Counted from the first letter of the stretch, positions 10,790 to 20,603 are shown. The stretch is 31,016 bases of DNA from an uncultured Rhodospirillaceae bacterium (GCA_900320035.1 ONQU01000121.1:1-31016), one strand, 5' to 3'. The notes: generated by a model from the letters alone, not told the origin. Program-made: numbers and translations.

Positions 10790-11455
10790 ATGGTTCTTTT
10801 GGTGCATAACAGTGTTTTACCGCAATGTCGTAAAATCCGGATTTTAATGTCGGAAAAAAAGATGCTGTTCGTTTTAAAAGAAGAAAATCCATGGCATCTT
10901 TCTGCCGATATTATGAAAATAAATCCGGCCGGTGAACTGCCGATTTTTATCTATGATGGTAATATTATTGCCGGAAATTATGCAATTACCGAGTTTTTGG
11001 AAGAAACATATACACAGAATCGGCTTATTCAAGGAAACAATAAAGAACGGGCGGAAATTCGTCGTTTGGTAGATTGGTTTGATAATAAATTTTACCGCGA
11101 TGTTTATCAATACATCGGTGGAGAAAAAATATATAAACGCTTTGCTTTAAAACAATCACCGGACAATAGGCGTATTAAAGTTGGTATCAATAATTTGCGT
11201 TTTCATTTGGAGTATATTGATTGGTTGGTTGAGCGCAATAATTATTTGGCGAGCAGTGAGCTTACAATGGCGGATATTAGCGCGGCAGCGCAGCTTTCCG
11301 TTATAGATTATTTAGGTGATGTGCCGTGGGAAGATTATAATAATGCCAAGTTGTGGTATTCAAAAATAAAATCACGGCCGAGTTTTAAGGAGATTCTTAA
11401 TGATCGTATCAAGGGTATTTATCCGTCGAAACACTATGCTGACTTGGATTTTTAA
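10790..11455 (+). CDS. fzlA: GST-family protein, FtsZ-binding FzlA-like
   Basis: INPAGELP GST motif; C-terminus WYSKIKSRPSF..IL.DRI.GI.P..HYADLDF matches the conserved alphaproteobacterial FzlA tail. Confidence 0.8.
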   Translation: MVLLVHNSVLPQCRKIRILMSEKKMLFVLKEENPWHLSADIMKINPAGELPIFIYDGNIIAGNYAITEFLEETYTQNRLIQGNNKERAEIRRLVDWFDNKFYRDVYQYIGGEKIYKRFALKQSPDNRRIKVGINNLRFHLEYIDWLVERNNYLASSELTMADISAAAQLSVIDYLGDVPWEDYNNAKLWYSKIKSRPSFKEILNDRIKGIYPSKHYADLDF

Positions 11456-11456
11456 A

Positions 11457-11918
11457 ATGAAAAAGGTGTTTTATATACTTGCTGTTTTTGCTGTTGTGGC
11501 CTTAGGCGCATGCTCAAAAGGTAAGGGGCAGGTGATTTATAATTGGGAAAAAGAAAATACCGGTGTTGCCAAGTTTTCCCGTGATCATTCGGAATGTTTG
11601 CGCGAAGCAGAAGGTTGGTTTTATATTCCGGATTTTTCCAATTGGTTTTATAGCGAAGAATATCGCTATGATATTCATGTGGATTGGCATAAAGAAAAAG
11701 GTATTTGGGCCAGCTATGTGCCGTATCGGGGAGCCTCACCGCTATTGGTTAACTCTATCCGCGATTCAGAGCGTTCCGATCCGAAAACTTATCGTTTATG
11801 TATGGAAAAGAAAGGATATTGGCATCGTAAATATGATATTCCGAGTGTGACCAATATCTTTGTTTACAAACCGCAAAAGCCGAGTGATACAATTCCGTTT
11901 GCTGATTATAATTACTAA
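11457..11918 (+). CDS. Hypothetical lipoprotein
   Basis: MKKVFYILAVFAVVALGAC lipobox; ATG sits 1 nt after the fzlA stop; D..EC...A and C M..KGY pattern. Confidence 0.75.
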   Translation: MKKVFYILAVFAVVALGACSKGKGQVIYNWEKENTGVAKFSRDHSECLREAEGWFYIPDFSNWFYSEEYRYDIHVDWHKEKGIWASYVPYRGASPLLVNSIRDSERSDPKTYRLCMEKKGYWHRKYDIPSVTNIFVYKPQKPSDTIPFADYNY

Positions 11919-11937
11919 TAAAATAAGGACGTGTACA

Positions 11938-12549
11938 ATGATTGATTGGTTGAAGGGTATATGGGTAAGAATTTGTTGGCGGCCTAATTTTTTGACTTTT
12001 ATTGAACTTCTGCTTTTATTGTCGGTATATCCGTTGTTGATATATGGAAATCCGCAATGGTTTGTGGAAGATGGGGTGGTTGAAAATTTGCAGCTTCTGA
12101 TTTGTTTAGGTTGTTTTCTGGTCGCTTGGTGTTCACCGCACGATAAGGATATGTTTCGTTTTATTGCTTTGATTGTTATTTTGCTTATTTGTCGCGAAGT
12201 AAACACCGGTAGGCATTGGTTATGCACTTATTATGATTTATCTTATGACAGCCGCTGGGAGGAGATTCCCTATGGTTATGTTTTAAAATGGGGACATAAT
12301 TTGTTTGCGGTAGCAATTGTCCTCTATTTTTTGGTGCGTAAAATATATCGTCCTTTGTGGCATTATGTGCAAAAAGCCCCACTTTATTTTTGGGAATTTT
12401 TGTTTTTGGTTGTCGGCGCAATTTTGGCATTATTGGCCGAAAAGCCGATAGATAATGAAACGCTTGAAGAAATTGCCGAAACACTATTTTATGTAGCATT
12501 ATTGAATTTAATTTGGCGCTATGTCCGACATAGGAAGGTATTGAACTGA
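11938..12549 (+). CDS. Multi-pass membrane protein, unknown function
   Basis: AAGGAC RBS before ATG 11938; about 6 hydrophobic segments with EDG.VEN, REVN.G and EEIAE motifs. Confidence 0.7.
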   Translation: MIDWLKGIWVRICWRPNFLTFIELLLLLSVYPLLIYGNPQWFVEDGVVENLQLLICLGCFLVAWCSPHDKDMFRFIALIVILLICREVNTGRHWLCTYYDLSYDSRWEEIPYGYVLKWGHNLFAVAIVLYFLVRKIYRPLWHYVQKAPLYFWEFLFLVVGAILALLAEKPIDNETLEEIAETLFYVALLNLIWRYVRHRKVLN

Positions 12550-12590
12550 AAGCCTTTAATTGTTATTTATAGGTGGAAAGGAAAATATTA

Positions 12591-13232
12591 ATGGCAAAAA
12601 ATATCGGTTTAGTCGGAGACAGTATCGGGCATGGCTATTATGACCACGAGGATTTAGGGTGGTTTGCGCGTTTGGGTAAGTTGATTTTGCGCGATTATTC
12701 TGAGGCTTATTTCTTCAATAATTTATCACAATCCGGTGATAATATAGCCGATGCTGCTTTTCGCGCAGTGGGCGAAACAATGTCGCGCAAGTTTGATTTA
12801 TTATTTGTTTCGGTCGGTATCAATGATTTACGGCGCCGTAAAGCATGTGCTTATGCGCTTGATTTTTCCTTTGGGGCGCGCGAGATGTATTGGCATCGTT
12901 TGCTTGATACGTTAGAGCAAACCGGTGCGCAAATTGTGGTGACCGATTTATTGCCGGTGATTGAAAAACGTTATACACCGCAGGCAAGTTTAGTCCGGCG
13001 TAATACTGATGTTGAAGACTATAATGAGCAAATTTGTAAGATATGCGAAAAAAGACAGATAAAGTTTTTTGTAAGATATCCGTGGTGGCAACGGCGACCT
13101 CTGGAAAATTTATATTTTGATGCAACACACCCGAATACGGTTGGGCATAAAATGATTGCTGAAGAAATGTATGAATTTTTGCAAAAAGAACAAATTTTAA
13201 CACCGGAAAAGTTTGCCTATGATTGCGAATAA
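12591..13232 (+). CDS. SGNH/GDSL hydrolase
   Basis: Blocks GDSIGHG (I), SGDNI (II), GIND (III) and DATHPN (V). Confidence 0.9.
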   Translation: MAKNIGLVGDSIGHGYYDHEDLGWFARLGKLILRDYSEAYFFNNLSQSGDNIADAAFRAVGETMSRKFDLLFVSVGINDLRRRKACAYALDFSFGAREMYWHRLLDTLEQTGAQIVVTDLLPVIEKRYTPQASLVRRNTDVEDYNEQICKICEKRQIKFFVRYPWWQRRPLENLYFDATHPNTVGHKMIAEEMYEFLQKEQILTPEKFAYDCE

Positions 13233-13773
13233 AGTCCGTTTATGGCAAATTTATTTTACCTTTTTCAAAATGGGGGCAATAACATTTGGCGGCGGTTATG
13301 CCATGTTGCCGATTTTACAAAATGAAGTGGTTGCTAAAAAAAGGTGGGTAACAGAAGTCGATTTACTCAATTATTATTCTATCGGTCAATGTACGCCGGG
13401 AATTATTGCCGTGAATGCGGCTTCTTTTATCGGTTATAAATTGCGTGGGTTAAGCGGTTTAGTGAGCGCAACGCTGGGCTTAATGACGCCTTCGATTGGC
13501 TTGGTTTTATTGGTGGCGATGGTGCTGCGACAATATATGGACAGTCCATATTTACAATGGGCGTTTGGCGGTATTCGTATTGGGGTTTTAGCGCTGATTG
13601 TTAATACGGTTATCAATATGTGGCGCGGGAGTGTGCGGTATTGGCGTGATTATGCTGTGTTTATCGGGGCGGCCTTATTGTTGTTTGTTGGTAGATTGCC
13701 GGCGGTAGGTGTGGTGATTGTGGCGGCGATTGTTGCCTTTATTCCTAATTTTTCGCGGAGAAAGAGGTTATGA
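13219..13773 (+). CDS. chrA: Short-chain chromate transporter (CHR family), subunit 1
   Basis: FFKMGAITFGGGYAMLP and IGQCTPGIIAVN CHR motifs. Confidence 0.9.
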   Translation: MIANKVRLWQIYFTFFKMGAITFGGGYAMLPILQNEVVAKKRWVTEVDLLNYYSIGQCTPGIIAVNAASFIGYKLRGLSGLVSATLGLMTPSIGLVLLVAMVLRQYMDSPYLQWAFGGIRIGVLALIVNTVINMWRGSVRYWRDYAVFIGAALLLFVGRLPAVGVVIVAAIVAFIPNFSRRKRL

Positions 13774-14288
13774 TTTATGCCTTGATTTTCTGGGAATTTC
13801 TGCAGATTGGCTTGTTTGCTGTCGGTGGTGGTTTGGTAACCGTACCGTTTTTGTTTGATTTAGCCAGTAAATATGCTTGGTTCAGCAATCAGGAATTAAC
13901 CGATATGATTGCCGTGGCGCAGGCATTACCCGGTCCGGTGGGAATCAATATAGCGGCGTATGCCGGTTTTTATACCGCCGGTTGGGGCGGGGGAATTTTA
14001 GCGCCGCTTTCTGAAGTTTTGCCAGCCATGGCAGTGGTTTATCTGATTGCTCGAATAATGAATAAGTGGCAAGAAAATCGATGTGTTCAAAGAGTGTTAC
14101 GAGGCATACGGCCGGCGGTTTTAGCCTTGGTTTTATATGCGGCATGGATGATTGGGCAAGAAGTAAATCTTAACCCTAAAACAGCGGCATTATTTGTTTT
14201 TATTTTAGCGGCGATGCATTTTTATCAACGGAATGTGGTGCTATATATTGTGTTAAGCGCCATTGTCGGTGTGGCGCTGCAAATATAA
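13770..14288 (+). CDS. chrA: Short-chain chromate transporter (CHR family), subunit 2
   Basis: FLQIGLFAVGGGL and AQALPGPVGIN motifs; ATGA overlap with subunit 1. Confidence 0.88.
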   Translation: MIYALIFWEFLQIGLFAVGGGLVTVPFLFDLASKYAWFSNQELTDMIAVAQALPGPVGINIAAYAGFYTAGWGGGILAPLSEVLPAMAVVYLIARIMNKWQENRCVQRVLRGIRPAVLALVLYAAWMIGQEVNLNPKTAALFVFILAAMHFYQRNVVLYIVLSAIVGVALQI

Positions 14289-14315
14289 AAAAGTCCGCGA
14301 CAAACGAGCGGACTT
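14287..14315 (-). terminator. Intrinsic terminator between convergent genes
   Basis: AAGTCCGC/GCGGACTT 8-bp stem with a T6 tail on the minus strand. Confidence 0.75.
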
Positions 14316-14337
14316 GTACTAAAATTCTAAATCTGTA

Positions 14338-14778
14338 TTATTCAAAATCTTCGTCTTCAACTGTTGGCATGATCGGCATTGCTTGCGGTGAAGCAGTTGG
14401 TACCATCGCCGTCGGTTGAGATTTTTGCTTTGGCTTATACGGCTTATGGTGCATCATCGGTTTGCTACCGTCAGTGTTAATAATGATGACATTGCCGGCA
14501 CCGTCGGTATAGTTTGGTGTCATCATGGCATGTTTTTTCATCATGGCGCAATGGTGCGGATAATCCATAGACGAATGTTTCATGCAACGGCACATCATAG
14601 CGGTGCCGAATCCGGCTAAAAAGATGATTAAGGCGGCGACGAGTTTTGCACCTTTATGTCGGCATTTGCATTTGTCACAGCAGTGGCAAGGTTTATCGTT
14701 GCGTAAATCTTCCGGATGCGGTTCACGTGGTTCATGTGGCGGCATTGGCGGATTTTGCATTGGTTTTTCTTGAGGCAT
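14338..14778 (-). CDS. Small single-TM Cys/His/Met/Pro-rich hypothetical protein
   Basis: CHCCDKCKCRH before the TM segment LVAALIIFLAGFGTAMM; HHCAMMKKHAMM after it; RBS GAAAGG upstream; has its own terminator. Confidence 0.75.
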   Translation of the reverse strand: MPQEKPMQNPPMPPHEPREPHPEDLRNDKPCHCCDKCKCRHKGAKLVAALIIFLAGFGTAMMCRCMKHSSMDYPHHCAMMKKHAMMTPNYTDGAGNVIIINTDGSKPMMHHKPYKPKQKSQPTAMVPTASPQAMPIMPTVEDEDFE

Positions 14779-15017
14779 AATTTTTTCCTTTCAATTGAGT
14801 TGAATTAACGCGCATAAGATAATCGCCAATATTATAAATTAAAGAGGGGCTGATATTAAGGACAGGAAAATGTTTTACTTTATATCGTTGATATTTTAAC
14901 CGGATTTAAAACAATAAAAAGGTTAAAAAAAGTAAATTAACTATTTATTTCTTAATATTTATGTGTTACATTGCAGAAAATGTTATGTTTTTATGTAATT
15001 TTTGAGAGAGGTTTAAT

Positions 15018-15341
15018 ATGGCTATAAGTAATGAAATTGGCAAAAAAGGACGTTACAGTATTTTACAAAATGCCAATGGTGAAATTATGTTAATGATGAA
15101 CAGCCGTATGGGGGGACCGGAAAATCCGCGCTTTATTTATGATGGCGGAGAGGTTGCTTTGCTTTATCGCTCCCAAGAAAGTTCTGTCGCTTTTAAGGAA
15201 ATTGATCCGGAGGCTAGACAGCCATTAAAATCTGTTTCGGAAATTTTAGTGGTTGAAATTGAAGATGATGATGTAGAGAGAGAATATATTGTACCGGTTC
15301 GGCTGGTAAGAGATGTCAGTGCTCTGATTACCATAAAATAA
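15018..15341 (+). CDS. Hypothetical soluble protein (paralog of 25339..25632)
   Basis: GAGAGG RBS; 107 aa; ends 10 nt before the nuoL-like start; shares GE.x.L...R.G..E.P...LYRS.E..V and LV.E...Y.V with the 97-aa ORF. Confidence 0.8.
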   Translation: MAISNEIGKKGRYSILQNANGEIMLMMNSRMGGPENPRFIYDGGEVALLYRSQESSVAFKEIDPEARQPLKSVSEILVVEIEDDDVEREYIVPVRLVRDVSALITIK

Positions 15342-15351
15342 GCAGGAAAAT

Positions 15352-17031
15352 ATGATTGCATACACAACTTTGGCGCTTTTGGTGATTGCGCTTTTAGGCA
15401 GTGTTAATATAGGCATCAAAAGGGATCATCTTTTTTCCTTTTTGGTATTGGTTTTGTTTGGGTGTGTGTTTACACGTTTTTATTGGGATTTTACCCTGGG
15501 GCAGGAAAATGTTTTGGAATTTTTATGGACGAGTTCGCCGGGGGGAGATATTAAAATTGATATTATATCAAATGCCTATAATTATAATTTAATTTTACCG
15601 TTTTTTACCATAACGTTTATTGCCTTGGTGCAGAATTTATTGTTTCGTTTTGAGGAAAAAAGGACAGCGTATGCCGCGGTTCTGATTTTTAATTTGGTAA
15701 CTCTTATTACCATGATTACCGGCAATAATTTTGTGCAGCTGCTTTGTGCTCTGTTTGTTGCGGATATTTTAACACTGTTTCTGATTAAGGATATGGAGGC
15801 GTATAGGCGTTATATTTTACTTAATATTTCAGCCGATATGATTATCTTTACCATGATGGCAATTATTAATTGCAAGGCTGATTCGCTGGATATTCGTGAA
15901 ATTTTACATTATAAGCAAATAGGTGAACATCTTGATTTCATCGCTTTAGCAGGTCTGACTGCCAGTTTTATGAAAATGGGGTTGTTTATTTTTCATATTG
16001 GTATTATCGGTTTGCGAAATATTCGCTTACACCGTTTGCAAAATGTTTTGTTTTTATCATCACCGATTTTCGGCTTGGTACTGTTAATGAAATTTCATGT
16101 TTTATGGAATGCTTCGCCATATTTTACACCTTATCTGCACGTTATGTGTATTTTGAGCATACTAAGCGGGTTTTGGGGAAGCTTAATAACCCAGCACTTT
16201 AAGGCTAAAATAATTTATTGGCAAATGATGTTTTGGGCGATTTTGGTAGAATTGCTTTGTTTTAAGGGGTTTGAGTGGTCAGTCGAATATTCTCGTCTTT
16301 TGTTGCAAATGTATGTGTTGTCGGTTGCTTTATACCTCATCTATTATTATTTGGGACGTAAAAACAGTCTTTCAGCTTTAGTGTCGCAAACGCTGACTAA
16401 TTGGTTGCCTTTAAATTTGGCAGTGAGTTTTGTTTTTTTGATGTTTGTTGGTTTGTCTGGAACGTTAACTGCCGTGTACAATCGAGGAAATCGTTATTAT
16501 ATTTGGGCTTTTGCGGTTTTATATACGGCATCGCTTGCAACGGTTTTGCGGCAAATTTTCTATACACCAAAGACACTTTTAGCGGTTAAAACAGCAAAAC
16601 TCAGAACGCACACTCCAATTTTCTTTTTACTTGGCTTATTAAGTGTTCTGATTTTGCAATATCAGCAATTATTGGAACTTCCGGTTATAGGTTTTGCTCT
16701 AGTCTTTATGCTGTTGTGTCGGTTTATGCCTCTGAGTTATGTTGATTGTGTATTGGAAAAGTTTAAACAATGTCACAATAAAGACTTTGTTGGGCTTTTT
16801 TATAAATATATGGTGATTAAACCACTGCGCTTAAGTGGTCGCTTTTTGTGGTTGTTGATTGACTATCTTCTGGTTGAAAAGATGATTGTTGGCATTGCGC
16901 AAAGCTCTGTTTATAAAAGTTTGTATTGGCTCAGAAATCTTCATCGCAGTACTTCTTTAGGTGGTTCGGTCATTGTGTTAATTGGGGCCGCTCTGATTTG
17001 TGTGTCATTTATTTATGGAGGGTATAAATAA
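15352..17031 (+). CDS. nuoL: NuoL-like antiporter-type subunit, divergent
   Basis: ITMITGNNFVQL (TM4-5) and the C-terminal lateral-helix region HNKDFVGLFYKYMVIKPLRLSGRFLW match NuoL; position upstream of the nuoM/nuoN-like genes. Confidence 0.7.
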   Translation: MIAYTTLALLVIALLGSVNIGIKRDHLFSFLVLVLFGCVFTRFYWDFTLGQENVLEFLWTSSPGGDIKIDIISNAYNYNLILPFFTITFIALVQNLLFRFEEKRTAYAAVLIFNLVTLITMITGNNFVQLLCALFVADILTLFLIKDMEAYRRYILLNISADMIIFTMMAIINCKADSLDIREILHYKQIGEHLDFIALAGLTASFMKMGLFIFHIGIIGLRNIRLHRLQNVLFLSSPIFGLVLLMKFHVLWNASPYFTPYLHVMCILSILSGFWGSLITQHFKAKIIYWQMMFWAILVELLCFKGFEWSVEYSRLLLQMYVLSVALYLIYYYLGRKNSLSALVSQTLTNWLPLNLAVSFVFLMFVGLSGTLTAVYNRGNRYYIWAFAVLYTASLATVLRQIFYTPKTLLAVKTAKLRTHTPIFFLLGLLSVLILQYQQLLELPVIGFALVFMLLCRFMPLSYVDCVLEKFKQCHNKDFVGLFYKYMVIKPLRLSGRFLWLLIDYLLVEKMIVGIAQSSVYKSLYWLRNLHRSTSLGGSVIVLIGAALICVSFIYGGYK

Positions 17032-18455
17032 TGTTTAATTTGCCGACGTTATTGATACTTTTACCATTACTCGGTTGCCTTTTTGTTATGTTTTCGCGTC
17101 GCGATGCCGATAATGCATACCATATTTCTCTTTTAACAATTGGTTCCGGATTGGCGCTGATTTTACGTCTGTTTATGCAACTCGACGTCACTGAAAAAAA
17201 ACTACAATTTGTGCATAATTTTGAATGGTTGCAAAACGCCAATATAATTTTTTCATTTGGCGTTGATACGTTTTCTTTATTGCTGCTTATGGGGATATAT
17301 TTATCCTTGCTGACAGCTTTAATAGGTCTTTCTCCGCAGGCACGAGAGCATAAATCGTTGTTGGCTTGGAATATGTATTTTTTGGCTGATATTACAGGGT
17401 TTTTGTTTGCCAATGATATGTTTTCTTTTTATGTTTTCTTTGCCGCCATACTTTTGCCTTTATTTATGTTAATCGGCCAATTTGGCGGTTTAAAAAAGAA
17501 GATGAGTTTATATTTGTTTTTTATTTTTAATTTTGCCGGCATTTTGGTTTTATTATGCGCATTGGTTTTGGTTTATAAATATTACCACGGTAACATTATG
17601 TTGCAAGAAATTGCTTTAATGAACATGCCACCGGTGGTGGCCTCTGTTGTGTGGGGTGGTGTTTGTCTGTCATTTTTGGCACGTATTCCGATTTGGCCTT
17701 TTCATTACTGGATTTCAACGGTTATTGCTAATATTAAAAATCCGCTGGTTTATGTGATTGTTACTCTTATTCCCTTAACCGGGTTATATGGTTTTATGCG
17801 CTTTTGGCATTTTACTATTGCGGAAAGTATCCGACCGTATATTGATATTATTATTGTATGTTGCCTCATAACCATGATTTTTATTGTGTTAATTGGAATT
17901 GCCCATAAAGAATTTTTATATAAGTTGTTTTCTTATATTACTTTCTATTATCTTCTGTTTTTGCTGGCAGAAATTTTACTGTCATCAATTTTTCAAGCAG
18001 ATTCATTACAGATGAATATTGCCTATACCATATTTACATTTTTACCGGTCACTTCAACTTTGATTGTGCTTGATTTACGTATGGAAAGAGAGTGCGAAGA
18101 TAAAAAATGTGATTATCGAGGTATTTTAGCGTATATGCCTAAACGCGCCAAGCTCTTTGTTTTCTTTGTACTTATTGCTCTGGGACTGCCGGTTTCGGCC
18201 ATGTTTTGGAATAATTTTATTATCGTTTCCGCATTGTTTAAATTCAGTTTTAATATTGGTATTTGTGTTATGTTTGCCTTATCATTGATTACGGTGGCAA
18301 TGCTTTACGAACTTTATGTTATGCGCGATTTGAAAAAGCACATTGAAAATAATGATGATATTCAAGATATTTCAAATATTCACCTTGCATATTTTGTTAC
18401 TATCATCGGCATTTTGTTCTTATCTTTTTTCAATCCTCTGTGGTTTAAATTCTGA
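17031..18455 (+). CDS. nuoM: NuoM-like antiporter-type subunit, divergent
   Basis: LILLPLLGCLF, FSFGVDTFSLLL, LFMLIGQFGG, IPIWPFHYW, GLYGFMRF and LGLP motifs. Confidence 0.8.
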   Translation: MFNLPTLLILLPLLGCLFVMFSRRDADNAYHISLLTIGSGLALILRLFMQLDVTEKKLQFVHNFEWLQNANIIFSFGVDTFSLLLLMGIYLSLLTALIGLSPQAREHKSLLAWNMYFLADITGFLFANDMFSFYVFFAAILLPLFMLIGQFGGLKKKMSLYLFFIFNFAGILVLLCALVLVYKYYHGNIMLQEIALMNMPPVVASVVWGGVCLSFLARIPIWPFHYWISTVIANIKNPLVYVIVTLIPLTGLYGFMRFWHFTIAESIRPYIDIIIVCCLITMIFIVLIGIAHKEFLYKLFSYITFYYLLFLLAEILLSSIFQADSLQMNIAYTIFTFLPVTSTLIVLDLRMERECEDKKCDYRGILAYMPKRAKLFVFFVLIALGLPVSAMFWNNFIIVSALFKFSFNIGICVMFALSLITVAMLYELYVMRDLKKHIENNDDIQDISNIHLAYFVTIIGILFLSFFNPLWFKF

Positions 18456-18466
18456 GGAGATGTATT

Positions 18467-19879
18467 ATGTTAGAACAATTTTTATATATCTTACCATTGT
18501 TGATTTTGCTGGGAGGTGTTTTCGCCTTAACGGTAAAGAAATTTGAAGCAAATGCGACACCGCAATGTTTTAAATTAAGCCGCCTAATTCTAATTATAAG
18601 TCTTGTTTTAAGCATTATTTTTTATAATCGGCCAATGGTGGCAAACTTAAGTTTGGCAAATTATTCAACGTTACTTTTTATCTGTTGGCTCTTTACTTCA
18701 GCGCTTGTTATTCTTCATTTGGCGCAAAAGTGGTTCAACACTATGCAACAGAGTGGTGCCAGTTTTTGCCGTCCGCTTGTTATGGCCGTTTTATCCGGTT
18801 GCTTGCTGATAATTTCCAAGAACCTGTTTTTAACCACAATTGCCCTAATTCTACTGATTTTTGCCAATATGCAGATACTATGGCAAAGTCATGAAAACAA
18901 GCATTCTCATTGGCTGAAAGGAACACCATTAAAATTGAGCCTGTTTTTTGGTTTGCTTATCATTATAATTATGGGAAAGTTATATTATACCTGTGGAACG
19001 ACTGACTATAATGTTCTACAAATTGCCTTAGCGCAAAATCAACATTTGCTTGTTTTTGCGGCAGTTTGTTGTTTGCTTTTGGCTTTTGTATTCCTTTTGG
19101 CGGCCGCGCCATTGCATTATTGGCTGTTAGAAATTGCCACAAAAGCAAGTTTACCGGTTTTAATCTATTTTATGCTTGTTCCGACAACTTTGAGCTTAAT
19201 CGGTTTGACACGGCTTAATATGATGATGCTCCTGCCGCTGAGCAATTCCCTGCAAATTTTTTATGTTGGTATAGGCATAATGTCAATTTTTGTGGGGGCA
19301 ATCAGCGCTTGTAGCAGTTCCAATATTCGGCAGATTTTGATTTGCAGTATTATCTATAATATGGGTGTAATTTTCTTTATTTTGCAACATTTCTCATTGT
19401 TAAATGTTCAGACGGCGATTGTTTATTGGTTTATTTGTTGGTTGGCCTATGTAGGGATTGGGACAAGTCTATTTTGTTTTAAAAGTAAAGGAGAATATCT
19501 TTTTGCCGTGGAACAGTTTGCTAATGCGGCTTATCAAAAACCCTATGCTACTTTGATGGTGACACTATTTCTTTTTTCATTGTTGGGGGTGCCGCCTTTA
19601 AGCGGTTCTTTAGGTTTGTTTGTCGTCTTAAATGAATTAGCCGGGCATAACCATTTTTACAGCATTGTTTATATATTGTCGATGCTGATTATTATGAGTT
19701 ATGCTTATTTAAGTTTTATTCAAAAGCTCTATTTTGCTAACAGTCGCAATAATTTTGATCGTTCCGGTATGGATTTGCACATTTTGCTATTTTTCGTGGC
19801 GGTGATAATGGTCTTAATTACTATTGAACCGCGTTATTTGATGGAATATCCGTGGATAGCGGAGATTTTTCATGGCTAA
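18467..19879 (+). CDS. nuoN: NuoN-like antiporter-type subunit, divergent
   Basis: AAPLHYW, SIFVGAISA...NIRQIL..SIIYNMG, LFSLLGVPPLSG, SYAYLSFIQKLYF; directly upstream of birA as in alphaproteobacterial nuo operons. Confidence 0.78.
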   Translation: MLEQFLYILPLLILLGGVFALTVKKFEANATPQCFKLSRLILIISLVLSIIFYNRPMVANLSLANYSTLLFICWLFTSALVILHLAQKWFNTMQQSGASFCRPLVMAVLSGCLLIISKNLFLTTIALILLIFANMQILWQSHENKHSHWLKGTPLKLSLFFGLLIIIIMGKLYYTCGTTDYNVLQIALAQNQHLLVFAAVCCLLLAFVFLLAAAPLHYWLLEIATKASLPVLIYFMLVPTTLSLIGLTRLNMMMLLPLSNSLQIFYVGIGIMSIFVGAISACSSSNIRQILICSIIYNMGVIFFILQHFSLLNVQTAIVYWFICWLAYVGIGTSLFCFKSKGEYLFAVEQFANAAYQKPYATLMVTLFLFSLLGVPPLSGSLGLFVVLNELAGHNHFYSIVYILSMLIIMSYAYLSFIQKLYFANSRNNFDRSGMDLHILLFFVAVIMVLITIEPRYLMEYPWIAEIFHG

Positions 19880-20603
19880 AAAATATGATAGATGGCAAAT
19901 TTATTATTATGATGAAGTTACCAGTACCAATGACATCATCAAAAATTTGTGTGTAAAAGCCAATGACAAAATAGTTGTTTGTGCTCAAAAACAAACCGCT
20001 GGTCGTGGTCGTATGGGACGCCAATGGCAAAGTTTGGCCGGAAATTTATTTTTTTCATTAGCTCTAAATGTGGATTTGCGTTCGCTTGGTACATTTATCT
20101 TGATGTGTGGTTTAACCCTATGCCAAACGATTCATACTTTGCAACCGATGGTGAATGTACAAATAAAGTGGCCGAATGATGTGTTGTTAAATAATGCCAA
20201 AGTTAGTGGTATGCTGTTGGAAAAAGGACCTGCCGATTACCTGATTATAGGCATCGGCGTTAATCTGGTACAGCATCCGATATCATCGGACATTATATAT
20301 CCGACAACATCGTTGAGCAATGCCGGAATAAATGTTACTATTCAGCAATTCCTTAAGTTGTTTTTAAAACAATTTACAAAAAATTTAGCACTTTTAGAGA
20401 CCAAAACCGGTTGTGCCACTCTACGCAACCAATGGCTCGGCTATGTTAAAGGTCTGGGTGAAAGGTTAACTGTTCGCCAAGAAAACCAAGAAATGAGCGG
20501 TGTGTTTAGAGGAATTGATGAAAATGGCTATTTAATGCTGGAAAATGACACCGGAATATGCCAAATTAGAGTCGGTGATGTGTTTTATATTAAGGAAAGT
20601 TGA
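19872..20603 (+). CDS. birA: Biotin-protein ligase (class I, no HTH)
   Basis: STND, QTAGRGRMGRQW, KWPNDVL and KVSGMLLE motifs. Confidence 0.95.
   Translation: MAKKYDRWQIYYYDEVTSTNDIIKNLCVKANDKIVVCAQKQTAGRGRMGRQWQSLAGNLFFSLALNVDLRSLGTFILMCGLTLCQTIHTLQPMVNVQIKWPNDVLLNNAKVSGMLLEKGPADYLIIGIGVNLVQHPISSDIIYPTTSLSNAGINVTIQQFLKLFLKQFTKNLALLETKTGCATLRNQWLGYVKGLGERLTVRQENQEMSGVFRGIDENGYLMLENDTGICQIRVGDVFYIKES

Noticed and set aside
15018-15341. nuoK, by size and position before nuoL
   Set aside because: The protein is hydrophilic, without three TM helices or the NuoK motifs.
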